In this document: positions 31,901 to 42,672 of the stretch, piece by piece
Position numbering within the stretch: the stretch's first letter is position 1
How the letters are laid out: each line of letters begins with the position of its first letter
The notes under the pieces: generated by a model
The model's database searches: none
Seen by the model: the letters and a program-made list of their open reading frames with translations, nothing else
Told to the model about the DNA's origin: nothing
NCBI GenBank assembly: GCA_044892505.1
Contig: CM097882.1
Coordinates: forward strand, 312,356,001 to 312,420,000
DNA: 64,000 nt
Origin: Schmidtea nova
Taxonomy: Eukaryota
Direction: 5' to 3'
Position numbers and translations under genes: made by a program

Positions 31901-33520
31901 GTTGCTGTAAACACCGCTAAAACAATTGGATTTGAATATCGTCCAGAAAAGTGCGCTTATATGCAATACCCTAAAATAGAAACTGTAAGCGAGATTTCTG
32001 TCAACAACGTTCTTATAAAAAAGATTGCAACAAATGAATTTTACCAATACTTGGGAGTACCAATAGGTGACAATAATGATCAAAGTCCCTATGAAATTCT
32101 AAGCAAAGTAATTGAAGACACAAAGAAAATAGCAAATTCTGATCTTTACGGCTGGCAAAAACTTAAAGCGTATAAGGTCTTTCTGCATTCTCGCTTGATT
32201 TTTCCATTTAGAACTAGGGAAATCAAAACAAGTTCTTTAGCTGATTCGAGTAAAAATTCAAAATTAAATGTAAATAATACGAGTATTTTGAGGAGTCATC
32301 TTAGAAAAATATTGCACTTGCCACACTACTCTGAGATTAGCTATTTTTATAATTCTACTGAAAACGGCGGTGCAGGCTGCATAGACTTACTTGACGAGTA
32401 TCATACACAGACAATCGTGTACTTTTTCCGTTTGTTAACATCAACGTGCGAATATTCGAAAAAGATAAATACAGACTCGCTTTTATTTGTCACAAGTCCG
32501 AGACTCGGAATCAAAAATCCAGTTCTTAAACAAAGTTTAGAATGGATAAATGGAAAAGACAGCAAGAAAAACAACAGTGGTTGCAAAACTCGATTTTATC
32601 GGTTGCGATCATCCATTGCTTACTTTTCTAAAGTTCACAACATTAAATTGTTATTTGAAACAGTGAAAGGGAATCCTTCTATCCGGATAACCACTACACT
32701 TAAGGGAACACGTATATTATTACCAACATTAAGAAAAGCCTTGTCAATGATTTTACATTCAGCTCTCCAGGATTCGTATCTCGAGAAATGGGAGAATAGC
32801 AATCATAATAATCTGCTTGTATCTGCGATTAAACTCTGTCCACTGGTCAACAGGCTTATTTTCCGCAGTGATTTGACAGAATTTGAATGGAGATTCGTCC
32901 ATCGAGCAAGAACGAATACATTATCAATATTTGCGAAGCCATATAAAACTGGCGAAAATCGTCTTTGTCGTAGATGTAAGCTTGAAGACGAGACTTTATC
33001 ACACGTTCTTCAAACTTGTAAAATGAACAAATCTTGGGCAACTAGTCGACATAACGCTTGCTTAGAAAAAATAAAAAGCGAGTTGAAAGATCCAAACTTG
33101 TTAGTTGTTGCGGATCATAAATGTTCCCTAGTACCGACATCAACTGAACGCGTTGATTTAATAATAACCAATAATGATAAAAAGACCATATTATTGGTAG
33201 ACATGAAATGCCCAATCGATTCGGTGCCCAACTTTGATTTGGCTGATAAAAAAAACATAGAAAAGTATGATAAACTAAAATCAGAAATTAAAATAGCCAA
33301 ACCCGATTATAAAGTTGAGTTGTTTACCTGCATCATAGGCTCATTAGGATCCATTGAAATTAAAACACCTGATCTTTTAGTAAAAATGGGAGTAAAAGAA
33401 AATAAAGTAAAACGTCTGATGAAAGAGTGTGCAATTAGCAATATTGCGCACTCGGCCAAAATTTGGTACTTTCATACCAATGGCTTTCTTCCAGATAATA
33501 TAAGACAAACTTGTAAATAA
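28910..33520 (+). CDS. ORF2 Ulp1-RT-CCHC-RLE polyprotein
   Basis: Same motifs; TCK-ending allele. Confidence 0.95.
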   Translation: MPASAQSSAIPSNETDAESTTKNNISTIDNRDPEVWFSDNDIDWYLENHIDNPMHGYIKCFIVNIICSNITEDIVEIPPSISNAEIVFCPLNINNSHWILFVYSKKMLSSYFIDPILANRQKPINKQMAQRINLKLNRFFNLNISVSRHPHKHLEYQNNSFDCGPFTCAYAVIISKDLNSFPNGFIEKIRTSVHENQNRMQITESTLFAGTNSKMDMTKINIKKALAKKKVITNTSDMTKVLNTQKPCVSSIISKYYESNSKITVLSAELTLNLIAQNTSFIADNVTFKQFKGIDHVISIIPKFNDWCLFVYSNKLDRSYMFDFNYRNIDERLIEIGEKITEYLNQFTLVSKIKFTPHHRISHPTFHSYDDQYFASSFIVFFEKLVFERILDNDKVYDSLSALKYQSCKDLSPSLSFINGKISDKIIEEYFASLNLSTKYILLNTTMCTALSDDCTEYLKDFVNIECMMKATIIFVIISPPRANDLLMVIDYDADEHYLLSPVTNDLFVMTEGFCYKLLIKINEIRESTGRSLKSRNCRHDVKGSGLFSRLLICAFIKYYAFDRSLENINLHEIGKIIYSLVPLVDKNDNAEEERRLKSKAVNSLKLNLKQRIEKANNLIISLEHASIDEIISGILSNIPRLKDLNTDHIRTPYLGTKIEKARKFKNSTEFLSNMKKTVYRILGNNTESIAPPYQEIIDTFSHPDTLPRNWENILKFTKSSKYSLELNPMTPKEILSSLCKADNTSPGLDNVCYKDLLLLDPECKLLAFLYNKILKLDIIPTSWKSFKTILIPKPDKNGQYHKIYSWRPIALLSVIYKVFASVLANRLSLWIRNNSMLHIGQKGGSEYEGCIEHNSILSAIVEHSKYSKSSPLTIAWLDIKDAFGSVPHDYMWTLLKHINVSDRFVGILKLLYTDTSSFYCCNKMQTPDIPIKKGVKQGCPISMILFAIAINPVLESINLSNVNPFTIGTSPVQVLAYADDIALIATNTSDLQILINVAVNTAKTIGFEYRPEKCAYMQYPKIETVSEISVNNVLIKKIATNEFYQYLGVPIGDNNDQSPYEILSKVIEDTKKIANSDLYGWQKLKAYKVFLHSRLIFPFRTREIKTSSLADSSKNSKLNVNNTSILRSHLRKILHLPHYSEISYFYNSTENGGAGCIDLLDEYHTQTIVYFFRLLTSTCEYSKKINTDSLLFVTSPRLGIKNPVLKQSLEWINGKDSKKNNSGCKTRFYRLRSSIAYFSKVHNIKLLFETVKGNPSIRITTTLKGTRILLPTLRKALSMILHSALQDSYLEKWENSNHNNLLVSAIKLCPLVNRLIFRSDLTEFEWRFVHRARTNTLSIFAKPYKTGENRLCRRCKLEDETLSHVLQTCKMNKSWATSRHNACLEKIKSELKDPNLLVVADHKCSLVPTSTERVDLIITNNDKKTILLVDMKCPIDSVPNFDLADKKNIEKYDKLKSEIKIAKPDYKVELFTCIIGSLGSIEIKTPDLLVKMGVKENKVKRLMKECAISNIAHSAKIWYFHTNGFLPDNIRQTCK

Positions 33521-33874
33521 ATAATTATATATATATATAAATATTTGCTTTTTAAACTCTGTAAATAAAATTTAAGGTAAATATTTTGTAAAGTAATTTT
33601 TGTATTAAATATCCAATCTTTTTAATCTGATAAATTGTCTTTGAGAGTTATTAAATTGGGAGACCAAGTATTCTGCGACGTATGTCACTTATTCTAGAAT
33701 TATCAACTTCAAAAGAATACAGTCGCAAAGCTGGATGACGAAATCCAAAGAACCAGAAACTTCCATTCAGATTGAACAATTATATTTTGACTGTGATTGT
33801 TTAGGGACTAATCCATGTTGATTAGATAATCTGTAAAAAAATATGTCAAACTTGTTATATTTAATAAATGTTTA

Positions 33875-33929
33875 TTATCACGTCTGCCTAACACGCAGAA
33901 GGTCCCCGGTTCGATCCCGGGTCGAACCA
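33875..33929 (+). pseudogene. tRNA-Val(AAC) 3' fragment (nt 19-73)
   Basis: Same junction. Confidence 0.93.
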
Positions 33930-34109
33930 AATTTTTCTCAATTCATTATTTGACTTTTATTATATTTGCAACTCTTTTTTTAATTCATAACGCAATTTTG
34001 TTGTTGAATTCTCTACTTTGTACATAAATTTTATTCAAGTGAATTCAGTACATTTTGTCAAGGTAATTCGAAAATCAAACATGCACAACAATTGTTAGTT
34101 GAAACTGTC

Positions 34110-34182
34110 GGTTCGATGGTGTAGCGGTTATCACGTCTGCCTAACACGCAGAAGGTCCCCGGTTCGATCCCGGGTCGAACCA
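34110..34182 (+). tRNA. tRNA-Val(AAC)
   Basis: Identical to 988-1060. Confidence 0.96.
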
Positions 34183-34290
34183 AATTTTTCTCAATTCATT
34201 ATTTGACTTTTATTATATTTGCAACTCTTTTTTTAAGTGTTGATATATATATTGTAAATTTTAACGATTGATAAATTCTTTCAAGGTTCG

Positions 34291-36924
34291 ATGACTCAAT
34301 CACCTGCTGCTCAGTCAACTGCTGCTGATGTGATGACTCAGTCTATTGGAAATCAGTCAACTGTGACGAAGAAATATGAATTAGAAAACATTCTCAAGTA
34401 TCAAATTTCCAGTTTGCAATGTTTTCAATCGATTTTGGATTATTTTTCGCAACTAAATGGTGGAAATCTCGCTACTGCCTCAGTTCTTTCTGATGCGAAT
34501 GCAAGTCAACGGAGTTCTTTCGATCAAGGATCTAAAATTTCTCAAAACCAATCTGATAATATGCCACTTTCTTATGCTGATATTGAGACTAAATTCACTA
34601 AATCAAAGGATTTACTGATTGTCAAGCGCCTGGATTCATTGGAGTCTCAATTTATGAATATGGCTGAAAAGTTAGATTATTTGGTTTCTTTTTTTAATGG
34701 CTCTGTTGATGATTTATCAGATTTTCCTAAAGTAAATGAAAATAATTTAAATAATAATCCTTTCAATAAAAATAAAGTTTTTGATATCAAAGATAAATTA
34801 ATTGTAAATAATGTAGTTTTAGATAAATCAAATATTTCAGAATTTATTGAAAATAATATTGCTAAAATTCCTAATAGTTTAATTGATGTAAATAATAAAA
34901 TGTGTAATTCAAATAATAAATTTCTAAATAACCCTAATAAAGAGAATGTTAAACATTTTAATAATCCCAAAGAAACATCTTCAATTGATTTGACTAACGA
35001 TAAAATTATGCCAAATGAAAACATAGAAATAATTATTAAAAATAATAAAAAATCTGTTAAAATTATAGAACCTAATAAAACAACTAAACAGAAGTATGAT
35101 AAATTTGAATTTAAAAATCTGGTTCGTATTTTAACGAAAAGGGAACGCCAGAAAATCTTGAATGCCTTCCCTGCTTTAATACAACTAATTAAAAAGAAAG
35201 AATCACAGAGTAAATATTTTGAAATTAATAAATTTCTTTCGAGCAAAGATTTTAATGTGAATCACTTGAATTTAAATAATTTTGATTATTTTTTCTATAG
35301 AAATTGTAATCTTTGTGTATCTTTAAAATTGAACAACGCTCCTGTCATTTTATCAGCACCAAAACCTGTTGTTTTAAAAACTATTAAATTAATTGACCAT
35401 AATATCGTCAAAATAAATTCTGAAATCCCTGACTTTGTTCGAGCTCCAATGTCAATTCGAAGATTTTTATTCAATCTTTCGCACGATCTTTCAAACACTG
35501 TTTCCATCAAGGATGAGAAACACAGGGGAAATAAAATAAATAACATTCTTACTTCAATGAAACATAAACAACAATTACCAGATTATTTAATAAAATCAAA
35601 CATTAAATACGAAAATGGTGAGTTCTTATTATTAGATTTGACTAACGATAAAATCAAATTGAACGACGATAATAACTTGATAAAATCAAATTTTTCTGAA
35701 CTTACTAGAAGTCAGATTAAAAATCTTTACTATTCTTATCCTTCTCTTAAGGAAGTTTGTTTCGTTGAAAATCTTGAAACAAGATCATCATCCGTTAGTA
35801 AAATTATCGAATCTTTAAAGTTAATTAATGAATTTCCAAAAAATATCATTTTTAAAGAGGGTAAATTTTATCAGTCTGATAAAAGAACAATCTCACCTAG
35901 TAGTTCTCCTGACATAATGTTCAACCTTGGTCTTTTTAATTTGGCTAGTATGAGTAGAAAAGATTGTGAATTAAAATCCATTTTAGAGAAGACTGGTTGT
36001 GACTTTAAAATAGTTGAAATAATATTCTACCTCAACTATTTAGGCTTGACTCAATCTTTAGAATTTTGCAAAAATCAAACTTATTCTGATTATGTGAGGA
36101 ATTACGTCTGTAATTGCTGCTTGATAAACTCACTCTGTAGTATTGCTGATGTTGATTCGCTTTCATCTGAAGATTTTGAGGGTTGGGCGACCGAAATTGT
36201 TCAGAAAATCCCAGTTTCTTCCTATTACTTCAATAGCTGCCAGGAAAAGCTTTTAAAGCTGAAGCAATGGGACATTTCAACTAAAATCAAAAGAATCCAT
36301 AACGTTATTTCACCTGAAATAATATCTTATTTAAATAACTTTCTTGACTCTGTAGACGTAAAATTTCCATCTAAGTCTCAACAACATAATATTCTAATTA
36401 AATTAATGAAAGCTATCAATGACATTAAAATTTTTGATGACATACACGGAAATAAAGCAAAAAGACTTGTTTACTTTTTGCTAAGAGATGCCAAGAAATA
36501 TTTGAATAAAAATCAACGATTCAGATTATTTGAATCGAGCAATAAATATTGCACTTTAGAGATGGAGAATATAATTTCAGTAATAATTGAGAACCTTACC
36601 AAAGTTACTGACCATGAAGTTACTACTCCTGAAATCACAGTTGAAGAAACGCCAATTGAAATAACTTGTGATCCTGAACCTATCGTCTTGATTAAGGAAA
36701 TAAACTGTTTAAAATGCAACAATATCATCGAAAAATGCATTCTTGTTAGAGATGGAACAAACGTCAACATCTGTGAAAGCTGTCTATTTGACGCAATTAC
36801 CTTTGAAAAGCCGATTCCTGAAGCTACTAATTCGGATACCGAAGAAAATATGGAAACAAATAGTAAGAAATCTTGTCCAAGACCTAGAAAAACAGACAAG
36901 AAAACATCAACCAAAGCGAAATGA
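34291..36924 (+). CDS. ORF1 protein (877 aa)
   Basis: Near-identical to the copy 1 ORF1. Confidence 0.88.
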   Translation: MTQSPAAQSTAADVMTQSIGNQSTVTKKYELENILKYQISSLQCFQSILDYFSQLNGGNLATASVLSDANASQRSSFDQGSKISQNQSDNMPLSYADIETKFTKSKDLLIVKRLDSLESQFMNMAEKLDYLVSFFNGSVDDLSDFPKVNENNLNNNPFNKNKVFDIKDKLIVNNVVLDKSNISEFIENNIAKIPNSLIDVNNKMCNSNNKFLNNPNKENVKHFNNPKETSSIDLTNDKIMPNENIEIIIKNNKKSVKIIEPNKTTKQKYDKFEFKNLVRILTKRERQKILNAFPALIQLIKKKESQSKYFEINKFLSSKDFNVNHLNLNNFDYFFYRNCNLCVSLKLNNAPVILSAPKPVVLKTIKLIDHNIVKINSEIPDFVRAPMSIRRFLFNLSHDLSNTVSIKDEKHRGNKINNILTSMKHKQQLPDYLIKSNIKYENGEFLLLDLTNDKIKLNDDNNLIKSNFSELTRSQIKNLYYSYPSLKEVCFVENLETRSSSVSKIIESLKLINEFPKNIIFKEGKFYQSDKRTISPSSSPDIMFNLGLFNLASMSRKDCELKSILEKTGCDFKIVEIIFYLNYLGLTQSLEFCKNQTYSDYVRNYVCNCCLINSLCSIADVDSLSSEDFEGWATEIVQKIPVSSYYFNSCQEKLLKLKQWDISTKIKRIHNVISPEIISYLNNFLDSVDVKFPSKSQQHNILIKLMKAINDIKIFDDIHGNKAKRLVYFLLRDAKKYLNKNQRFRLFESSNKYCTLEMENIISVIIENLTKVTDHEVTTPEITVEETPIEITCDPEPIVLIKEINCLKCNNIIEKCILVRDGTNVNICESCLFDAITFEKPIPEATNSDTEENMETNSKKSCPRPRKTDKKTSTKAK

Positions 36925-36930
36925 AGATGT

Positions 36931-39900
36931 GTGCCTGCATCAGCTCAATCGTCTGCCATTCCCTCTAATGAGACTGATGCAGAGAGCACAACTAAAAATA
37001 ATATTTCAACTATCGACAATCGTGATCCTGAAGTGTGGTTTTCTGATAATGATATTGATTGGTATCTTGAAAACCACATTGATAATCCAATGCATGGATA
37101 TATTAAATGCTTTATAGTAAATATCATCTGTTCTAACATCACAGAAGATATTGTTGAAATTCCACCATCTATTAGCAATGCTGAAATTGTATTTTGTCCA
37201 CTCAACATTAACAATTCGCACTGGATTCTTTTTTTTTATAGTAAGAAAATGTTATCTTCTTACTTTATTGACCCAATCCTTGCAAACAGACAAAAGCCAA
37301 TCAATAAACAAATGGCTCAGAGAATTAACCTAAAACTGAATAGATTTTTTAATCTAAATATATCTGTGTCCCGACATCCACACAAACATCTTGAATATCA
37401 AAATAACAGCTTTGATTGTGGCCCATTTACGTGTGCTTATGCTGTGATTATCAGTAAAGATTTGAACAGCTTTCCAAATGGGTTCATAGAGAAAATTCGT
37501 ACCAGTGTGCATGAAAATCAAAATCGTATGCAAATAACCGAATCCACCTTATTCGCTGGTACTAACTCCAAGATGGACATGACCAAAATAAATATCAAGA
37601 AAGCCCTTGCAAAAAAGAAAGTCATCACCAACACCTCAGATATGACCAAAGTATTGAACACTCAAAAACCGTGTGTGTCATCAATAATTAGTAAATATTA
37701 CGAAAGTAATTCTAAAATAACAGTCTTATCTGCCGAACTAACTTTAAACCTAATTGCACAAAATACCTCCTTCATAGCTGATAATGTCACTTTCAAGCAG
37801 TTCAAAGGAATCGATCATGTTATAAGTATCATTCCTAAATTTAACGATTGGTGTCTCTTTGTCTATTCGAATAAACTTGACAGGAGCTACATGTTCGACT
37901 TCAATTATCGAAACATTGATGAAAGGCTAATTGAAATTGGTGAAAAGATAACTGAATATCTGAATCAATTCACTCTTGTTTCTAAAATAAAATTCACACC
38001 TCATCATAGAATTTCTCATCCAACATTTCATTCTTACGATGATCAATATTTTGCAAGTTCTTTTATTGTATTTTTTGAGAAACTTGTCTTTGAAAGAATA
38101 CTGGACAATGATAAGGTTTATGACTCATTAAGTGCTCTAAAATATCAGTCTTGTAAAGATCTTTCTCCTAGCTTAAGTTTCATTAATGGTAAAATATCCG
38201 ACAAAATTATTGAGGAATATTTTGCTAGCCTAAACTTATCGACCAAATATATTCTTCTAAACACAACAATGTGTACTGCGCTTTCAGATGATTGCACTGA
38301 ATACTTGAAAGACTTTGTAAACATTGAGTGCATGATGAAGGCTACTATAATCTTTGTAATCATTTCTCCTCCAAGAGCCAACGACTTGCTCATGGTTATT
38401 GATTACGACGCTGATGAGCACTATTTATTAAGCCCAGTCACTAATGACTTGTTCGTTATGACTGAAGGATTCTGCTATAAATTACTAATTAAAATTAATG
38501 AGATTAGAGAGAGCACAGGTCGTTCCTTGAAATCGCGTAATTGTCGACATGACGTTAAAGGTTCTGGCTTATTTAGTAGGTTATTAATCTGTGCCTTTAT
38601 TAAATATTATGCATTTGACCGATCTCTAGAAAATATCAATCTTCATGAAATTGGCAAAATTATCTACTCACTTGTGCCATTAGTTGATAAAAATGATAAT
38701 GCTGAGGAAGAAAGACGACTAAAATCAAAAGCTGTAAACTCTTTAAAACTAAATTTAAAACAGCGAATAGAAAAAGCCAATAATCTTATAATTTCACTTG
38801 AACACGCCAGTATTGATGAAATCATAAGTGGCATTCTTTCAAATATTCCTCGTCTTAAAGATTTGAACACCGATCACATTCGTACACCATATTTAGGTAC
38901 TAAAGTAGAAAAAGCTAGAAAATTCAAAAATTCCACTGAATTTCTGTCAAACATGAAAAAGACTGTGTATAGGATTTTGGGTAACAACACAGAATCAATT
39001 GCACCTCCTTTTCAGGAAATTATTGACACTTTCAGTCATCCTGATACATTACCTAGAAATTGGGAAAACATCTTTAAATTCACTAAGAGTTCTAAATTTA
39101 GTCTTGAATTAAATCCAATGACACCTAAAGAAATCCTTTCAAGTCTTTGCAAAGCTGACAACACTTCTCCAGGTCTTGATAATGTTTGTTATAAAGATCT
39201 TTTGCTATTAGACCCTGAATGTAAATTGCTAGCTTTTCTGTACAATAAAATCCTAAAATTAGACATTATTCCTACAAGTTGGAAATCATTTAAAACGATA
39301 CTAATCCCTAAACCAGATAAAAATGGCCAATATCATAAAATATATTCTTGGCGACCAATTGCCTTATTATCTGTCATTTACAAAGTCTTCGCTTCAGTTT
39401 TGGCAAATCGTCTAAGCTTATGGATAAGAAATAATTCCATGTTACACATTGGCCAAAAGGGTGGTTCGGAGTACGAAGGATGTATTGAACACAACTCTAT
39501 TCTTTCTGCTATCGTCGAACATTCAAAATACAGCAAGTCTTCACCTTTAACAATAGCTTGGCTAGACATCAAAGATGCCTTCGGAAGTGTTCCACATGAC
39601 TACATGTGGACACTGTTAAAACACATAAATGTTAGTGATAGGTTTGTAGGAATTTTAAAACTGCTCTATACTGATACAAGCTCGTTTTATTGTTGCAATA
39701 AAATGCAGACACCGGATATTCCAATAAAGAAAGGAGTTAAACAAGGTTGTCCGATCTCAATGATATTGTTTGCAATAGCTATTAACCCAGTACTTGAGTC
39801 TATTAATCTATCAAACGTTAATCCTTTTACGATTGGAACATCTCCGGTACAGGTGTTGGCTTATGCGGATGATATCGCACTTATCGCGACAAATACCTCT

Positions 39901-41541
39901 GATCTGCAAATACTCATAAACGTTGCTGTAAACACCGCTAAAACAATTGGATTTGAATATCGTCCAGAAAAGTGCGCTTATATGCAATACCCTAAAATAG
40001 AAACTGTAAGCGAGATTTCTGTCAACAATGTTCTTATAAAAAAGACTGCAACAAATGAATTTTACCAATACTTGGGAGTACCAATAGGTGACAATAATGA
40101 CCAAAGTCCCTATGAAATTCTAAGCAAAGTAATTGAAGACACAAAGAAAATAGCAAATTCTGATCTTTACGGCTGGCAAAAACTTAAAGCGTATAAGGTC
40201 TTTCTGCATTCTCGCTTGATTTTTCCATTTAGAACTAGGGAAATCAAAACAAGTTCTTTAGCTGATTCGAGTAAAAATTCAAAATTAAATGTAAATAATA
40301 CGAGTATTTTGAGGAGTCATCTTAGAAAAATATTGCACTTGCCACACTACTCTGAGATTAGCTATTTTTATAATTCTACTGAAAACGGCGGTGCAGGCTG
40401 CATAGACTTACTTGACGAGTATCATACACAGACAATCGTGTACTTTTTCCGCTTGTTAACATCAACGTGCGAATATTCGAAAAAGATAAATACTGACTCG
40501 CTTTTATTTGTCACAAGTCCGAGACTCGGAATCAAAAATCCAGTTCTTAAACAAAGTTTAGAATGGATAAATGGAAAAGAGAGCAAGAAAAACAACAGTG
40601 GTTGCAAAACTCGATTTTATCGGTTGCGATCATCCATTGCTTACTTTTCTAAAGTTCACAACATTAAATTGTTATTTGAAACAGTGAAAGGGAATCCTTC
40701 TATCCGTATAACCACTACACTTAAGGGAACACGTATATTATTACCAACATTAAGAAAAGCATTGTCAATGATTTTACATTCAGCTCTCCAGGATTCGTAT
40801 CTCGAGAAATGGGAGAATAGCAACCATAATAATCTGCTTGTATCTGCGATTAAACTCTGTCCACTTGTCAACAAGCTTATTTTCCGCAGTGATTTGACAG
40901 AATTTGAATGGAGATTCGTCCATCGAGCAAGAACGAATACATTATCAATATTTGCGAAGCCATATAAAACTGGCGAAAATCGTCTTTGTCGTAGATGTAA
41001 GCTTGAAGACGAGACTTTATCACACGTTCTTCAAACTTGTAAAATGAACAAATCTTTGGCAACTAGTCGACATAACGCTTGCTTAGAAAAAATAAAAAGC
41101 GAGTTGAAAGATCCAAACTTGTTAGTTGTTGCGGATCATAAATGTTCCCTAGTACCGACATCAACTGAACGCGTTGATTTAATAATAACCAATAATGATA
41201 AAAAGACCATATTATTGGTAGACATGAAATGCCCAATCGATTCGGTGCCCAACTTTGACTTGGCTGATAAAAAAAACATAGAAAAGTATGATAAACTAAA
41301 ATCGGAAATTAAAATAGCCAAACCCGATTATAAAGTTGAGTTGTTTACCTGCATCATAGGCTCATTAGGATCCATTGAAATTAAAACACCTGATCTTTTA
41401 GTAAAAATGGGCGTAAAAGAAAATAAAGTAAAACGTCTGATGAAAGAGTGTGCAATTAGCAATATTGCGCACTCGGCCAAAATTTGGTACTTTCATACCA
41501 ATGGCTTTCTTCCAGATAATATAAGACAAACTTTTAAATAA
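36931..41541 (+). CDS. ORF2 Ulp1-RT-CCHC-RLE polyprotein
   Basis: Same motifs as copy 1. Confidence 0.95.
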   Translation: MPASAQSSAIPSNETDAESTTKNNISTIDNRDPEVWFSDNDIDWYLENHIDNPMHGYIKCFIVNIICSNITEDIVEIPPSISNAEIVFCPLNINNSHWILFFYSKKMLSSYFIDPILANRQKPINKQMAQRINLKLNRFFNLNISVSRHPHKHLEYQNNSFDCGPFTCAYAVIISKDLNSFPNGFIEKIRTSVHENQNRMQITESTLFAGTNSKMDMTKINIKKALAKKKVITNTSDMTKVLNTQKPCVSSIISKYYESNSKITVLSAELTLNLIAQNTSFIADNVTFKQFKGIDHVISIIPKFNDWCLFVYSNKLDRSYMFDFNYRNIDERLIEIGEKITEYLNQFTLVSKIKFTPHHRISHPTFHSYDDQYFASSFIVFFEKLVFERILDNDKVYDSLSALKYQSCKDLSPSLSFINGKISDKIIEEYFASLNLSTKYILLNTTMCTALSDDCTEYLKDFVNIECMMKATIIFVIISPPRANDLLMVIDYDADEHYLLSPVTNDLFVMTEGFCYKLLIKINEIRESTGRSLKSRNCRHDVKGSGLFSRLLICAFIKYYAFDRSLENINLHEIGKIIYSLVPLVDKNDNAEEERRLKSKAVNSLKLNLKQRIEKANNLIISLEHASIDEIISGILSNIPRLKDLNTDHIRTPYLGTKVEKARKFKNSTEFLSNMKKTVYRILGNNTESIAPPFQEIIDTFSHPDTLPRNWENIFKFTKSSKFSLELNPMTPKEILSSLCKADNTSPGLDNVCYKDLLLLDPECKLLAFLYNKILKLDIIPTSWKSFKTILIPKPDKNGQYHKIYSWRPIALLSVIYKVFASVLANRLSLWIRNNSMLHIGQKGGSEYEGCIEHNSILSAIVEHSKYSKSSPLTIAWLDIKDAFGSVPHDYMWTLLKHINVSDRFVGILKLLYTDTSSFYCCNKMQTPDIPIKKGVKQGCPISMILFAIAINPVLESINLSNVNPFTIGTSPVQVLAYADDIALIATNTSDLQILINVAVNTAKTIGFEYRPEKCAYMQYPKIETVSEISVNNVLIKKTATNEFYQYLGVPIGDNNDQSPYEILSKVIEDTKKIANSDLYGWQKLKAYKVFLHSRLIFPFRTREIKTSSLADSSKNSKLNVNNTSILRSHLRKILHLPHYSEISYFYNSTENGGAGCIDLLDEYHTQTIVYFFRLLTSTCEYSKKINTDSLLFVTSPRLGIKNPVLKQSLEWINGKESKKNNSGCKTRFYRLRSSIAYFSKVHNIKLLFETVKGNPSIRITTTLKGTRILLPTLRKALSMILHSALQDSYLEKWENSNHNNLLVSAIKLCPLVNKLIFRSDLTEFEWRFVHRARTNTLSIFAKPYKTGENRLCRRCKLEDETLSHVLQTCKMNKSLATSRHNACLEKIKSELKDPNLLVVADHKCSLVPTSTERVDLIITNNDKKTILLVDMKCPIDSVPNFDLADKKNIEKYDKLKSEIKIAKPDYKVELFTCIIGSLGSIEIKTPDLLVKMGVKENKVKRLMKECAISNIAHSAKIWYFHTNGFLPDNIRQTFK

Positions 41542-41896
41542 ATAATTATATATATATATAAATATTTGCTTTTTAAACTCTGTAAATAAAAATTAAAGTA
41601 AATATTTTGTAAAGTAATTTTTGTATTAAATATCCAATCTTTTTAATCTGATAAATTGTCTTTGAGAGTTATTAAATTGGGAGACCAAGTATTCTGCAAC
41701 GTATGTCACTTATTCTAGACTTATCAACTTCAAAAGAATACAGTCGCAAAGCTGGATGACGAAATCTAAAGAACCAGAAACTTCCATTCAGATTGAACAA
41801 TTATATTTTGACTGTGATTGTTTAGGGACTAATCCATGTTGATTAGATAATCTGTAAAAAAAATATGTCAAACTTGTTATATTTAATAAATGTTTA

Positions 41897-41951
41897 TTAT
41901 CACGTCTGCCTAACACGCAGAAGGTCCCCGGTTCGATCCCGGGTCGAACCA
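41897..41951 (+). pseudogene. tRNA-Val(AAC) 3' fragment (nt 19-73)
   Basis: Same junction. Confidence 0.93.
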
Positions 41952-42131
41952 AATTTTTCTCAATTCATTATTTGACTTTTATTATATTTGCAACTCTTTT
42001 TTTAATTCATAACGCAATTTTGTTGTTGAATTCTCTACTTTGTACATAAATTTTATTCAAGTGAATTCAGTACATTTTGTCAAGGTAATTCGAAAATCAA
42101 ACATGCACAACAATTGTTAGTTGAAACTGTC

Positions 42132-42204
42132 GGTTCGATGGTGTAGCGGTTATCACGTCTGCCTAACACGCAGAAGGTCCCCGGTTCGATCCCGGGTCGA
42201 ACCA
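42132..42204 (+). tRNA. tRNA-Val(AAC)
   Basis: Identical to 988-1060. Confidence 0.96.
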
Positions 42205-42384
42205 AATTTTTCTCAATTCATTATTTGACTTTTATTATATTTGCAACTCTTTTTTTAATTCATAACGCAATTTTGTTGGTGAATTCTCTACTTTGTACAT
42301 AAATTTTATTCAAGTGAATTCAGTACATTTTGTCAAGGTAATTCGAAAATCAAACATGCACAACAATTGTTAGTTGAAACTGTC

Positions 42385-42457
42385 GGTTCGATGGTGTAGC
42401 GGTTATCACGTCTGCCTAACACGCAGAAGGTCCCCGGTTCGATCCCGGGTCGAACCA
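42385..42457 (+). tRNA. tRNA-Val(AAC)
   Basis: Identical to 988-1060. Confidence 0.96.
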
Positions 42458-42637
42458 AATTTTTCTCAATTCATTATTTGACTTTTATTATATTTGCAAC
42501 TCTTTTTTTAATTCATAACGCAATTTTGTTGTTGAATTCTCTACTTTGTACATAAATTTTATTCAAGTGAATTCAGTACATTTTGTCAAGGTAATTCGAA
42601 AATCAAACATGCACAACAATTGTTAGTTGAAACTGTC

Positions 42638-42668
42638 GGTTCGATGGTGTAGCGGTTATCACGTCTGC
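42638..42668 (+). pseudogene. tRNA-Val(AAC) 5' fragment (nt 1-31), including the left TSD at 42656-42668
   Basis: GGTTCGATGGTGTAGCGGTTATCACGTCTGC followed by element sequence TTCGATGACTC. Confidence 0.93.
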
Positions 42669-42672
42669 TTCG

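Larger units (their letters stand above)
26216..33874 (+). mobile_element. Retrotransposon copy 4 (type B), ORFs intact
   Basis: Leader+ORF1+ORF2+3' UTR. Confidence 0.95.
33875..34236 (+). repeat. 253-bp tRNA-Val array segment (1 fragment + 1 intact gene)
   Basis: Period 253. Confidence 0.93.
34237..41896 (+). mobile_element. Retrotransposon copy 5 (type B), ORFs intact
   Basis: Leader+ORF1+ORF2+3' UTR. Confidence 0.95.
41897..42668 (+). repeat. 253-bp tRNA-Val array segment (3' fragment + 2 intact genes + 5' fragment)
   Basis: Starts at 42132, 42385, 42638. Confidence 0.94.
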